From Myxococcales bacterium (lineage in GTDB: Bacteria; Myxococcota_A; Polyangia; Polyangiales; Polyangiaceae): a stretch of 50,365 nt of DNA. This document shows, in pieces, positions 10,782 to 29,799 of the stretch; the stretch's first letter is position 1; every line of letters starts with the position of its first letter. The stretch lies in assembly GCA_003153495.1 (NCBI GenBank), contig PLYU01000302.1, positions 1 to 50,365 on the forward strand, written 5' to 3'. A model generated the notes under the pieces. That model had not been told where the DNA came from. It saw only the letters and a program-made list of their open reading frames with translations, and searched no databases. Made by a program: the position numbers and the translations under genes.

Positions 10782-11948
10782 ATGAGAACCCGCCCCATTG
10801 CAGCCGCCTTGTTTCTTGCCTTCGCCCCCATGGCGTTCGCCGCGCCGTCGCGCGGACAGACCGCCGCCGAAGACCCGACGACCGCGATGGCGCGGGCCCG
10901 GTTCAAGGAGGGGGTCGATTTCTACGACAAGGGTGAGTTCGATCAGGCGCGCGTGTCGTTCCTCCAGGCCTATGCCCTGAAGAAACACCCGGCGGTGCTG
11001 CTGAACCTCGCCTGGAGCTGCCTCAAGAGCGGTCACGCTCTGGAGGGGGAGCGCTACTTCAAGCAGTTCCTCAGCGAGGGCAAGGACATCACCGACAAGC
11101 AGCGCGCAGACGCGAGCGACGGGCTCGCGCAGACACACGCCAAGCTGGGCCGCGTCGACGTCATCGCCCCGCCCGGGACCGAGGTGACGATCGACGGCGA
11201 CAAGGTCGGGACGACCCCGCTGGCCGAGCCCGTGTCGGTCGAGGCCGGCGCGCACACGGTGAAGTTCAAGGCGTCCGACGGGACGACGGACACGGAGAGC
11301 GTCAGCGTCCTGGGGGGCGAGAAGGCCGCGGCGCGCTTCGCCCGGCCGGCCGCGGCGGGGCCGTTCCCACCGCCCGCGCCTGCGCAGACGAGCGAAGCCG
11401 AGCCCGCGAGCCCGCCTCCGGTCGCGGAGGCGCCGCGCGAGGCCACCGAGCCGCCCCCGAAGAAGGAGGCGGCCGCCAGCGTGTCGAAGAAGAGCATCTT
11501 CGCGGCGCCGGACAACATGGCGCCGATCTACGTGGGTGGAGTGCTGACTCTCGCCGGGGCGGGCGTCGCGATCGGCATGTCGGTGGCGAAGGGCCAGGCG
11601 CAGAACAGGGCCGACAGCACCGCGGCGCTCATCCGGTCGAACGGCGGTCGGAGGTGCAGCCCGCCCACTTACGACCCGTCGGTCATTGCTCACCCGACGG
11701 GTGCCCAGCAGAATAGCCTGGCGGCCGCGTGCGCGGCGTTCACCAGCGACAACAACGACGTCGACACCGACGCGCTCATGGGCAACATCGCGGTGGGCGT
11801 GGGCGCCGCCGCCCTGCTGGGCACGGTGATCTACTGGCTGGCCTCCAGCAAGGGCGACGACTCGCGTCACTCCTCTGCCAGCACGACGGTCCTCGTGCCG
11901 GTGATCGGCCGGTCCACCGGGGGCTTCTCGCTCTCCGGCACGTTCTGA
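10782..11948 (+). CDS. secreted/membrane protein with TPR-like N-terminal part and PEGA domain
   Basis: Signal MRTRPIAAALFLAFAPMAFAAP. TPR-like FKEGVDFYDKGEFDQARVSFLQAYAL. PEGA-type segment GRVDVIAPPGTEVTIDGDKVGTTPLAEPVSVEAGAHTVKF. A Pro-rich linker and two C-terminal hydrophobic helices follow. Confidence 0.75.
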   Translation: MRTRPIAAALFLAFAPMAFAAPSRGQTAAEDPTTAMARARFKEGVDFYDKGEFDQARVSFLQAYALKKHPAVLLNLAWSCLKSGHALEGERYFKQFLSEGKDITDKQRADASDGLAQTHAKLGRVDVIAPPGTEVTIDGDKVGTTPLAEPVSVEAGAHTVKFKASDGTTDTESVSVLGGEKAAARFARPAAAGPFPPPAPAQTSEAEPASPPPVAEAPREATEPPPKKEAAASVSKKSIFAAPDNMAPIYVGGVLTLAGAGVAIGMSVAKGQAQNRADSTAALIRSNGGRRCSPPTYDPSVIAHPTGAQQNSLAAACAAFTSDNNDVDTDALMGNIAVGVGAAALLGTVIYWLASSKGDDSRHSSASTTVLVPVIGRSTGGFSLSGTF

Positions 11949-11965
11949 GCCCGGGCGGCTGATCT

Positions 11966-13303
11966 TCAGGGATAACGGAGGACGACGATCCGGCCGGGGG
12001 TCGTCCCGTCGGCGTCCGGAGCGCGCACGAGCGCAGCCGCGAAGCAGCCGGTATCGTCGCAGCCGCCGTCGACGAGGGCGTCCGCGCGGACGTCGATGCG
12101 GCTGGCGGTTGCGCCGTCCGGGCGCACCGCGCGCAGCTCGAGGGCGCCGATGGGGGCGGCACCCCGCGAGACCTGCGCCCCTCGCTCCACCCACGCGACG
12201 ACCGGCGCGCCGGGGGCGGCCGCGATCCAGAAGGGCCCTTTGGCCACGTCGCAGCTCGCGGGGGCGAGGTCGAGCAACGCCTCGCCCCCCGTGCCGCGGT
12301 CGACCCGGAGCGCCCGCACGCGCTCGGCCGTCGCCCCGCCCCCGCCGCACGCGTCCGCCGCCTCGTGCGTGAAGACGACGAGGGTCGCCTGGGCGACGCC
12401 GTCGACTGCGACGATGTCGTCCTCCGGCGACAGGCGGTGCTTCAGCTTTCGCCACGCCGTGAGGCCGCCGCCGTGGGGAAGCTCGCGCATCGCCACCGAC
12501 CCGGAGGCCCCCACGCGCACCACGCCGAGGTCGTCGGACGTCGTGTACGTCTCGTGCTCGCGCTCCTCGTCGTCGCCGAAATCGTCGTCGCGGATGGCCC
12601 GCACGGTGGGCCGCGGCGTAGCGTCGCCCGGGGTGAAGCTCACCGACGTGAGGTCGTCGTCCCCGTCGCCGAGCGCGAAGACGGCGCGGTCCCCGCAGAC
12701 GAGCGACGCCGTCCGGTCGGGCGCGACCGCGACGGCGTCGCGCACCGCCGGGTCCGCCCAGCGGCGCGCCCGTACGCGCGCGGGCTGACTCTCCCGCGGG
12801 TCGATCCATGCGAGGCCGTCGGTGGTCGTGCAGAGGGTACCTCCCGCCGCGAAGGGCTCGCCGCGCCGCTCGCCGCGGGGACCGAGCGGCACGACCGTGA
12901 CGCCGTTCTTCCCCCGGAGAATGCCGCGCCACACGAGCGCCAGCCCGCCGTCCACGGCCTGCAGCCGCAGGTCGGCGTCCGGGCTCCACGCGACTCCGGT
13001 CAAGGCGTCGACCATCCAGGAGTCCTGTCCGGTACCGAGCCCGGCGACGCGGAGGACCCCCTCCGCGGCCACGAGGCCCGCGACCACCATGCCGTGACCG
13101 ACGCGAGCGGCAGCGATGGGGGCGGAGAACACGGCGTCCGACGCCGGGAGCTCCGCCGGCGCCGCGGAAGCGGCCGGGGCGGGTGCGGGTGCGGCGGTCT
13201 CTACCGCGTCCGCCTTCCGTTTCGCGGGGCAGGCACTGCTCACGACGACCGTGAGCAGCAGAAGCGGCGCCGCCCCGGCGAGCCGTGTCATGCGGCTCGT
13301 CAC
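11966..13303 (-). CDS. lipoprotein of unknown function (last gene of the array)
   Basis: MTSRMTRLAGAAPLLLLTVVVSSAC lipobox. The 445-aa body is non-repetitive and beta-rich in appearance. The start lies 4 nt after the stop of the sigma54 activator. The competing 751-aa ORF (10734..12989) is an Arg-rich artefact. Confidence 0.65.
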   Translation of the reverse strand: MTSRMTRLAGAAPLLLLTVVVSSACPAKRKADAVETAAPAPAPAASAAPAELPASDAVFSAPIAAARVGHGMVVAGLVAAEGVLRVAGLGTGQDSWMVDALTGVAWSPDADLRLQAVDGGLALVWRGILRGKNGVTVVPLGPRGERRGEPFAAGGTLCTTTDGLAWIDPRESQPARVRARRWADPAVRDAVAVAPDRTASLVCGDRAVFALGDGDDDLTSVSFTPGDATPRPTVRAIRDDDFGDDEEREHETYTTSDDLGVVRVGASGSVAMRELPHGGGLTAWRKLKHRLSPEDDIVAVDGVAQATLVVFTHEAADACGGGGATAERVRALRVDRGTGGEALLDLAPASCDVAKGPFWIAAAPGAPVVAWVERGAQVSRGAAPIGALELRAVRPDGATASRIDVRADALVDGGCDDTGCFAAALVRAPDADGTTPGRIVVLRYP

Positions 13304-13307
13304 ACTA

Positions 13308-14633
13308 TCAGATCCGCTCGACGCACGCCGTCAGGAGCTTGCGGAACGAGGTGCGCGGCATCCCGGCGGCGCGCGCCGCCGCGCTCAGGTTGCCGGAGTT
13401 CTCGCGCAGCAGCGCCCTGGCGCGCTCCGGGGTCGGACACTTGGCGAGAGCAGGCGCGTCGCGGCGAAGGGCCCGCTCGACGTCCTCCGCGTCGATCCGG
13501 GCTGCGGGCGCCGTCGCGTCGGCCGCCCGGCACAGCACGTTGCGTAGCTCCCGCACGTTGCCCGGCCATTCGTGCGCGCTCAGGCGCGAGAGCGCGGCGG
13601 TCGTCAGGCTGCGAGGGCCGACGTCCCGCGCGAGCTGGCCGAGGAGCTCGCGCGCGATGGCGCCGATGTCCCCGCGGCGCTCGCGCAGCGGCGGGACGGC
13701 GACGACGAAGCACTCCAGGCGATGAAAGAGGTCGCGACGGAACTCGCCGCCCTTCACGCGCTGCTCGAGCGACGCGTGCGTCGCGGCGACGACGCGCACG
13801 TCGGGGCGCCTCCGCGCACCCGCCCCGCCCACGCGCCGGACCTCGTATCCGTCGAGCGCGCGGAGCAGCTTCGGCTGGGCTTCCAGGGGGAAATCCCCGA
13901 TCTCGTCGAGGAACAGCGTGCCCCCCTCGGCCTCGGTGAACGCGCCCTCCCGCCGGGCGTGCGCGCCGGTGAACGCTCCCCGCTCGTGCCCGAACAGCTC
14001 GCTCTCGACCAGCTCTCGCGGCACGGCGGTCACGTTGATCGCCACGAACGGCCGCGACGCCCTCGGGCCCTCGCTGTGCAGCGCGCGCGCGACGAGCTCC
14101 TTGCCGGTCCCGCTCTCGCCCGAGACGAGCACCGGCAGCGAATGCCGCGCCAGCCGGCGCACCTGATCGGCGAGCCTCCGCATCGCGAGGGACACCCCTG
14201 CGACCCCGGGCAGCGGCTCGCCTGGCGGCACCTCGGGCTCGTCCACTTCCACCGGCACCACGACGAGCGTGGAGCGGCCGATCGCGACGGCGGTACCGGC
14301 GCGCCCCCAGGCTTCCCGGATGCGTCCCCCGCCGAGGTACGTGCCGTTCTTGGAGCCGAGGTCCTCGATGACGACGCCACCGCCGTGCACAAGGAGCGCG
14401 CAGTGCCTGCCGCTCACCGTCGGGTCGTGGACCACGAGATCCGCCGACGACGACGTGCCGACGATCAGCTTGCCGTCCGAGAGCGGCGCCCTCCGCGCCC
14501 CGAGCTCATCTTGAAGCTCCACGACCCACGCCCGGGGAGCGACCGTCGGCGCCATCTCGAGGGTGATCGCCGAAGAACAAGACTCTTCGATGGAAGACGG
14601 CAGAGGTGGCCTCCTTTCGCCCTGCATGACCAC
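13308..14633 (-). CDS. sigma54-dependent enhancer-binding protein with N-terminal FHA domain
   Basis: FHA: GKLIVGTSSSADLVVHDPTVSGRHCALLVHGGGVVIEDLGSKNGTYLGG. AAA+: LVSGESGTGKELVARALH and ESELFGHERGAFTGA (GAFTGA loop). Fis-type HTH: GNLSAAARAAGMPRTSFRKLL. The start is ambiguous (GTG 14633, ATG 14627 or ATG 14555). Confidence 0.92.
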   Translation of the reverse strand: MVMQGERRPPLPSSIEESCSSAITLEMAPTVAPRAWVVELQDELGARRAPLSDGKLIVGTSSSADLVVHDPTVSGRHCALLVHGGGVVIEDLGSKNGTYLGGGRIREAWGRAGTAVAIGRSTLVVVPVEVDEPEVPPGEPLPGVAGVSLAMRRLADQVRRLARHSLPVLVSGESGTGKELVARALHSEGPRASRPFVAINVTAVPRELVESELFGHERGAFTGAHARREGAFTEAEGGTLFLDEIGDFPLEAQPKLLRALDGYEVRRVGGAGARRRPDVRVVAATHASLEQRVKGGEFRRDLFHRLECFVVAVPPLRERRGDIGAIARELLGQLARDVGPRSLTTAALSRLSAHEWPGNVRELRNVLCRAADATAPAARIDAEDVERALRRDAPALAKCPTPERARALLRENSGNLSAAARAAGMPRTSFRKLLTACVERI

Positions 14634-14672
14634 TCGTCGGCCACGGGGCGAAGAAGGTTGCTCGAAAACGGG

Positions 14673-25928
<11,256 letters not shown>

Positions 25929-26102
25929 CGATTGCCTCGGTTGGTTCGACCGCTCAGGGCATCCCGGCCGACAATATACGCCGAAGAGGCCGCAGCCCCT
26001 GCCGATTTTTCGAGCGCCGGAACAAAGACGGCCGCCCGCCCGCCACGCGCCGCGCTCGGCGGCGACGGCTCGCCTGCAGGGGGCCTCGCAACCGGGTGAG
26101 AC

Positions 26103-27032
26103 TTACTGGAGGGATCCACCCATGCGCCGCACGATTTCCTGCGACTGGGCGCACTGATCGGCGAACTTGACCGCACTCGCCCCCTTGCAGGTGATCTTCC
26201 AGAACGACTGCAGCTGCTGGATGGCCTCGTTCTTCTTCGGCGGGCTGAGCTCCGCGTAGGCGGACCCGAGGTAGAAGTACGCCTCTTTGTGATCGTTGCA
26301 CCGGTTGCTGTCGCACGACTTCTTCGCCGACTCATACTCGCTCACGGCACGGGAGAAGTCGCCCTTCGTCTCGTACACGTCGCCCAGCAGGGTGTGCATG
26401 TTGAACAGGTGCTTGTCGTCCGGCTTGGCGAACGACAGGCCTTCCCGGAGTACTTGCTCCTCCTGGTCGTAGAACATCAGCCGGCGGTACAGGTCGGCGA
26501 GCATCTCGTAGTACTGCGACTCGTCCGGCTTGGTCTGGAGCGCCTTCGTCCAGTTCTGCATGGCGCCCGCTTCGTCGTCGAGATGAAGGAGGACCCAGGC
26601 AAGCTCGCCGTAAGCGGTCGCGTAGTTCGGGTCCAGCTGGATGGCCGTCTGCAGCGGCGCCTTCACGTCCGCCCAGGCGCCCTGGCCGGCCTCGGCGAGC
26701 TGCTCGAGCGCGTAGCCGTGACGGAAGTAGTAGTCGGCGTGCGCCTTCGTCTTCTCCACGCGGGAGGCCGCCTCCTCGGCGCCTACGCACGCGCTGGCCA
26801 TTTTCTGCCAGTCTTCCTTCTTCTCGTACGCAAGGACGAGCTTCCACCAGATGCGGGCGTTATCCGGATCGAGCTTCGTCGCCTGGTCGTACTTGGAAAT
26901 CGCCTCGTCGACGTTGGAGGACTTCGCTTGATCCCCCTCGTTGGCGAGGTTGACCGCTTCGATGTTGTTCCGGCTGCACGCGGCGGCGAGCACGCCCGCC
27001 GCGGCAACGACCAGGATCTTGGCTGCGCTCAT
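26103..27032 (-). CDS. TPR-repeat lipoprotein (occupies the slot between the G-like and I-like genes)
   Basis: MSAAKILVVAAAGVLAAAC lipobox. TPR-like helices include AISKYDQATKLDPDNARIWWKLVLAYEKKEDW and LQTAIQLDPNYATAYGELAWVL. The alternative GTG start at 27065 lies 10 nt after the upstream stop. Confidence 0.8.
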   Translation of the reverse strand: MSAAKILVVAAAGVLAAACSRNNIEAVNLANEGDQAKSSNVDEAISKYDQATKLDPDNARIWWKLVLAYEKKEDWQKMASACVGAEEAASRVEKTKAHADYYFRHGYALEQLAEAGQGAWADVKAPLQTAIQLDPNYATAYGELAWVLLHLDDEAGAMQNWTKALQTKPDESQYYEMLADLYRRLMFYDQEEQVLREGLSFAKPDDKHLFNMHTLLGDVYETKGDFSRAVSEYESAKKSCDSNRCNDHKEAYFYLGSAYAELSPPKKNEAIQQLQSFWKITCKGASAVKFADQCAQSQEIVRRMGGSLQ

Positions 27033-27075
27033 CAGGCCGGGCAGTCTACGAGAATGGTTTCGCACGCGTCTACCA

Positions 27076-29238
27076 TCAGTCGCCAGGGTTGAAGATGATC
27101 GGGTAGACGACCGTGACCATCCCCCCCTCGGGCTGGGGGAAGGACAGGTTGCCGAACCCGCGCACCACGCACTGCACCACGGCCTGATCCGGCATATCGC
27201 TCCCGCCGTCAGCCGTCATGCCCACTGCACCGCTCCGGTCGATGACGAACTTGACGGTCACGCGACCCTGAAGGTTCGGATTGTTCCGCATCCCGTTCTC
27301 GTAGCAGAGCCGGAAGCGGCCGAAGTTCTGGCGCACGATGCGCTGGATGACCTCCGGCGGCAGACGCCCGTTGACGCTCGTCGCGCCTTCGCGGATGCGC
27401 GGCGACTTGACCTGGTGGCCGCCGCCGAGCCTGCCGCGACCGCTACCAATTCCCTGCCCCGTGCCCGTCCCCGCACCGTGACCGAGGCCGCCGAAGTTGC
27501 CCAGGCCGATGCCTTCGCCGCGCCCTCCGCCACCCTCGCCGACACCCGACAGGCCGAGCCCACCCGCGCCGAACGAATCGCCGATGGTGTCGCCGAACAT
27601 GTTGCCGCGCGCGCTCTTCTCGTCGGCGCCCGACGACTCCTCGCGGCCCCACGGAGCAGTCGGTGCATTCGGATCACCGCCACCCATCGTCGAGATGAGC
27701 CCGATCATTCCGAACTGGGCCGCCTCCTGGAGGGCGGCCTGCTTGGCGAGGTGCGGATCGGGGTTGTCCTTCGGACCCTGGACACCGTACTTGTGCCCGC
27801 TGTCCTTGGTATTGGGGTTCCCCATCGACCCCTCTTCGCCCTTCGCCCGGGTGCCTGTCCCGCCCTCTTTCTGGTCCTGGGCGGTCTCGGTGACCTCTTG
27901 ATCCTTGCGCTCTTCCTGCTCACGATCGGCCGCAGCGTTGAGCAGCTTCTGCATCATCAGGATCTGGTCGCGGTCGATGTCCTCGCTGTCGTCGCCCCGC
28001 ATGTTGGGCATGAAGAAGGCGAAGACGGCGACCAGACCCATGTGCAAGAGAAACGAGAGGCCGGTGAACAGGAACGCCGCTGGCTCCATCGTCGCCAGGA
28101 AGCCGACGGGGACCTTCTTGCCCGCGTTGACCGCGCTCACCTGGAACGCGAGCGCGCTGCCTTCGAGCTCCATTCGAGCCTTGGCGCCGGGCGGCAGCTC
28201 GTACTCGTATGCCCCGCTCATCTCGGACGACGGACGCGCCCGACCCGACCCGACGAGATCTGCCAGGCTGACCTTGCCGTGACCGGGGATGTCGACGTAC
28301 CCGCGTGACCGCGGCAGGATGACGAGCGCCGCTCCGATGCCCCGCGACACGACCACCGGGGCCCGCGTCGTCCCGAGGGTCTCGCTGGGGATGAAGTAAT
28401 CGCAACCGCTCTTCTTGTCGCCGAGCTCCTCGCCCACGTAGAACGAACGCGGCGGGGTGAGATGGGAGACGTGCAGGACGTTCGAGTCCCAGAGAACCAT
28501 CACCTCGATGGCCGAAACGTGAGCGACCTCGACCTCATCCGGGTTGACGTCCGGACCGCTCTTGACCATCGAATAGCCGGGACCACCCCCGGAGCCGTCC
28601 GTGGGGGGTTCGAGGCCCAGACCTGGGCCCGCAGCCATCGTCGGAATTGGTCCGGCGTAAGGCGCCGCCGCCGCCGCAAAAGGCGCCGACGGAGTAGCGA
28701 ACGGTGCTGCGACCGTCGAGGCTCCCGCCGCGAACGGATTGGCTCCTCCGAACGGATTCGCAGCCGCCGCCGGGGCGCCCGCGAACGGGTTCGCTCCGGC
28801 GAACGGATTGGCGGGCACCCCGGCCGGGACGCCCGGAGCCGAGGGTGCCGCAGCCGGCGCGGCGAACGGAGCCGGCGCGGGTGCACCGAACGGCGACGCC
28901 GCCGTGGCGGCCGTGGCGGGCTCGGCGTTCTCCAGGACGATCAGCGTCGAGCCGATCTGGATCTGGTCTCCCGGCCGGACCTTGCACTTGTTGACTCGCT
29001 GGCCGTTGACCAGCGTGCCGGGCTCGTTGCCCAGGTCGATGAGCGTGATGTCCTCGGGCGACGCCACCTCGATGACTGCGTGCATCCGGGAGGCGAGCTC
29101 GTCGTCCACGCGCAGATGACTGCGTGGATCCTTGCCGACCTTTACGATGTCCTGCGCAATGACATCGCGGCGTACGAGCTGATCTCCTTGATACAGCGCG
29201 AACGTGAGCGCGACCTTCGCCTTGTCCTGGCTGTCCAT
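27076..29238 (-). CDS. gltG: FHA-domain / single-TM / TonB-like C-terminal domain protein, GltG(PglI)-like
   Basis: N-terminal FHA (VKVGKDPRSHLRVDDELASRMHAVIEV...GNEPGTLVNGQRV) and a PF-repeat low-complexity linker. TM helix is FLFTGLSFLLHMGLVAVFAFFMP, followed by a charged and Gly-rich periplasmic region. The C-terminal RLPPEVIQRIVRQNFGRFRLCYENGMRNNPNLQGRVTVKFVIDRSGAV...VVYPIIFNPG resembles the AgmX/PglI TonB-like tail. Confidence 0.85.
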   Translation of the reverse strand: MDSQDKAKVALTFALYQGDQLVRRDVIAQDIVKVGKDPRSHLRVDDELASRMHAVIEVASPEDITLIDLGNEPGTLVNGQRVNKCKVRPGDQIQIGSTLIVLENAEPATAATAASPFGAPAPAPFAAPAAAPSAPGVPAGVPANPFAGANPFAGAPAAAANPFGGANPFAAGASTVAAPFATPSAPFAAAAAPYAGPIPTMAAGPGLGLEPPTDGSGGGPGYSMVKSGPDVNPDEVEVAHVSAIEVMVLWDSNVLHVSHLTPPRSFYVGEELGDKKSGCDYFIPSETLGTTRAPVVVSRGIGAALVILPRSRGYVDIPGHGKVSLADLVGSGRARPSSEMSGAYEYELPPGAKARMELEGSALAFQVSAVNAGKKVPVGFLATMEPAAFLFTGLSFLLHMGLVAVFAFFMPNMRGDDSEDIDRDQILMMQKLLNAAADREQEERKDQEVTETAQDQKEGGTGTRAKGEEGSMGNPNTKDSGHKYGVQGPKDNPDPHLAKQAALQEAAQFGMIGLISTMGGGDPNAPTAPWGREESSGADEKSARGNMFGDTIGDSFGAGGLGLSGVGEGGGGRGEGIGLGNFGGLGHGAGTGTGQGIGSGRGRLGGGHQVKSPRIREGATSVNGRLPPEVIQRIVRQNFGRFRLCYENGMRNNPNLQGRVTVKFVIDRSGAVGMTADGGSDMPDQAVVQCVVRGFGNLSFPQPEGGMVTVVYPIIFNPGD

Positions 29239-29295
29239 CGATAAACCTCTATCCCGCGCATTCGCGCGCGTCGTGACGCTCGCCCCCGCTCAAAC

Positions 29296-29598
29296 TCAGA
29301 TGTTCTCTACGGACTTAAGCATCTCAGGAACGAACGAAGTGCGCGGCCGAATCAGTGTCGTGCGCACCGGGCCGGGACGCACCCGGATCGTCGCGTCCGA
29401 GGGACCGAAGCCGCCCGCAGCGAGGGGGTCGTCTTCGAACTTGTACCCGTAGTCTCCGCCGGCACCACCACCACCGCCGCCGGCCCCACCCGCTCCGCCG
29501 CCCGCGGGCGGCGCGTCCTGCGCGAACGACTGCGCCGAGACGAAGACGAGCGCCACGGCCACGAGCCCACCCAGCAACCACCGATTCGACTGCTTCAT
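29296..29598 (-). CDS. 100-aa secreted Gly-rich protein (GltF position)
   Basis: MKQSNRWLLGGLVAVALVFVSAQSFAQ signal, then APPAGGGAGGAGGGGGGAGGDYGYKFEDDPLAAGGFGP, then the conserved-looking tail IRVRPGPVRTTLIRPRTSFVPEMLKSVENI. The start was chosen at the internal Met of ORF 29296..29673. Confidence 0.6.
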   Translation of the reverse strand: MKQSNRWLLGGLVAVALVFVSAQSFAQDAPPAGGGAGGAGGGGGGAGGDYGYKFEDDPLAAGGFGPSDATIRVRPGPVRTTLIRPRTSFVPEMLKSVENI

Positions 29599-29696
29599 GA
29601 CCTTATCTAGCTCCGGGATTCTTCGCAGGGGTCGAGGCGACCGCCAGTCGCGGTCAATCCAGCAGCAGCGCAAATGTTCGCTGGAATTACAGTATA

Positions 29697-29725
29697 AGTG
29701 TACGTGCCAGCAGCCTCTAGGTCAA
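29697..29725 (-). promoter_or_regulatory. candidate internal sigma70-type promoter upstream of the small Gly-rich gene
   Basis: On the minus strand: TTGACC (29725..29720), a 17-nt spacer, then TACACT (29702..29697), inside a 201-bp AT-enriched gap. A perfect TGGCAC (29709..29704) sits within the spacer but has no GC at the -12 position. Confidence 0.3.
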
Positions 29726-29799
29726 CGCGATTCGTCGTCACCGCTGCGTCTCGCAGTGGCTCCGGAGTACAGACATGATCCGCGTCGCGCATGTTCCCG

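Noticed and set aside
29704-29709. Perfect TGGCAC as a sigma54 -24 element upstream of the small Gly-rich gene.
   Set aside because: It is not called as a sigma54 promoter because the near-invariant GC of the -12 element is absent at the correct spacing (TTAT instead of TTGC). It is kept only as a speculative note.
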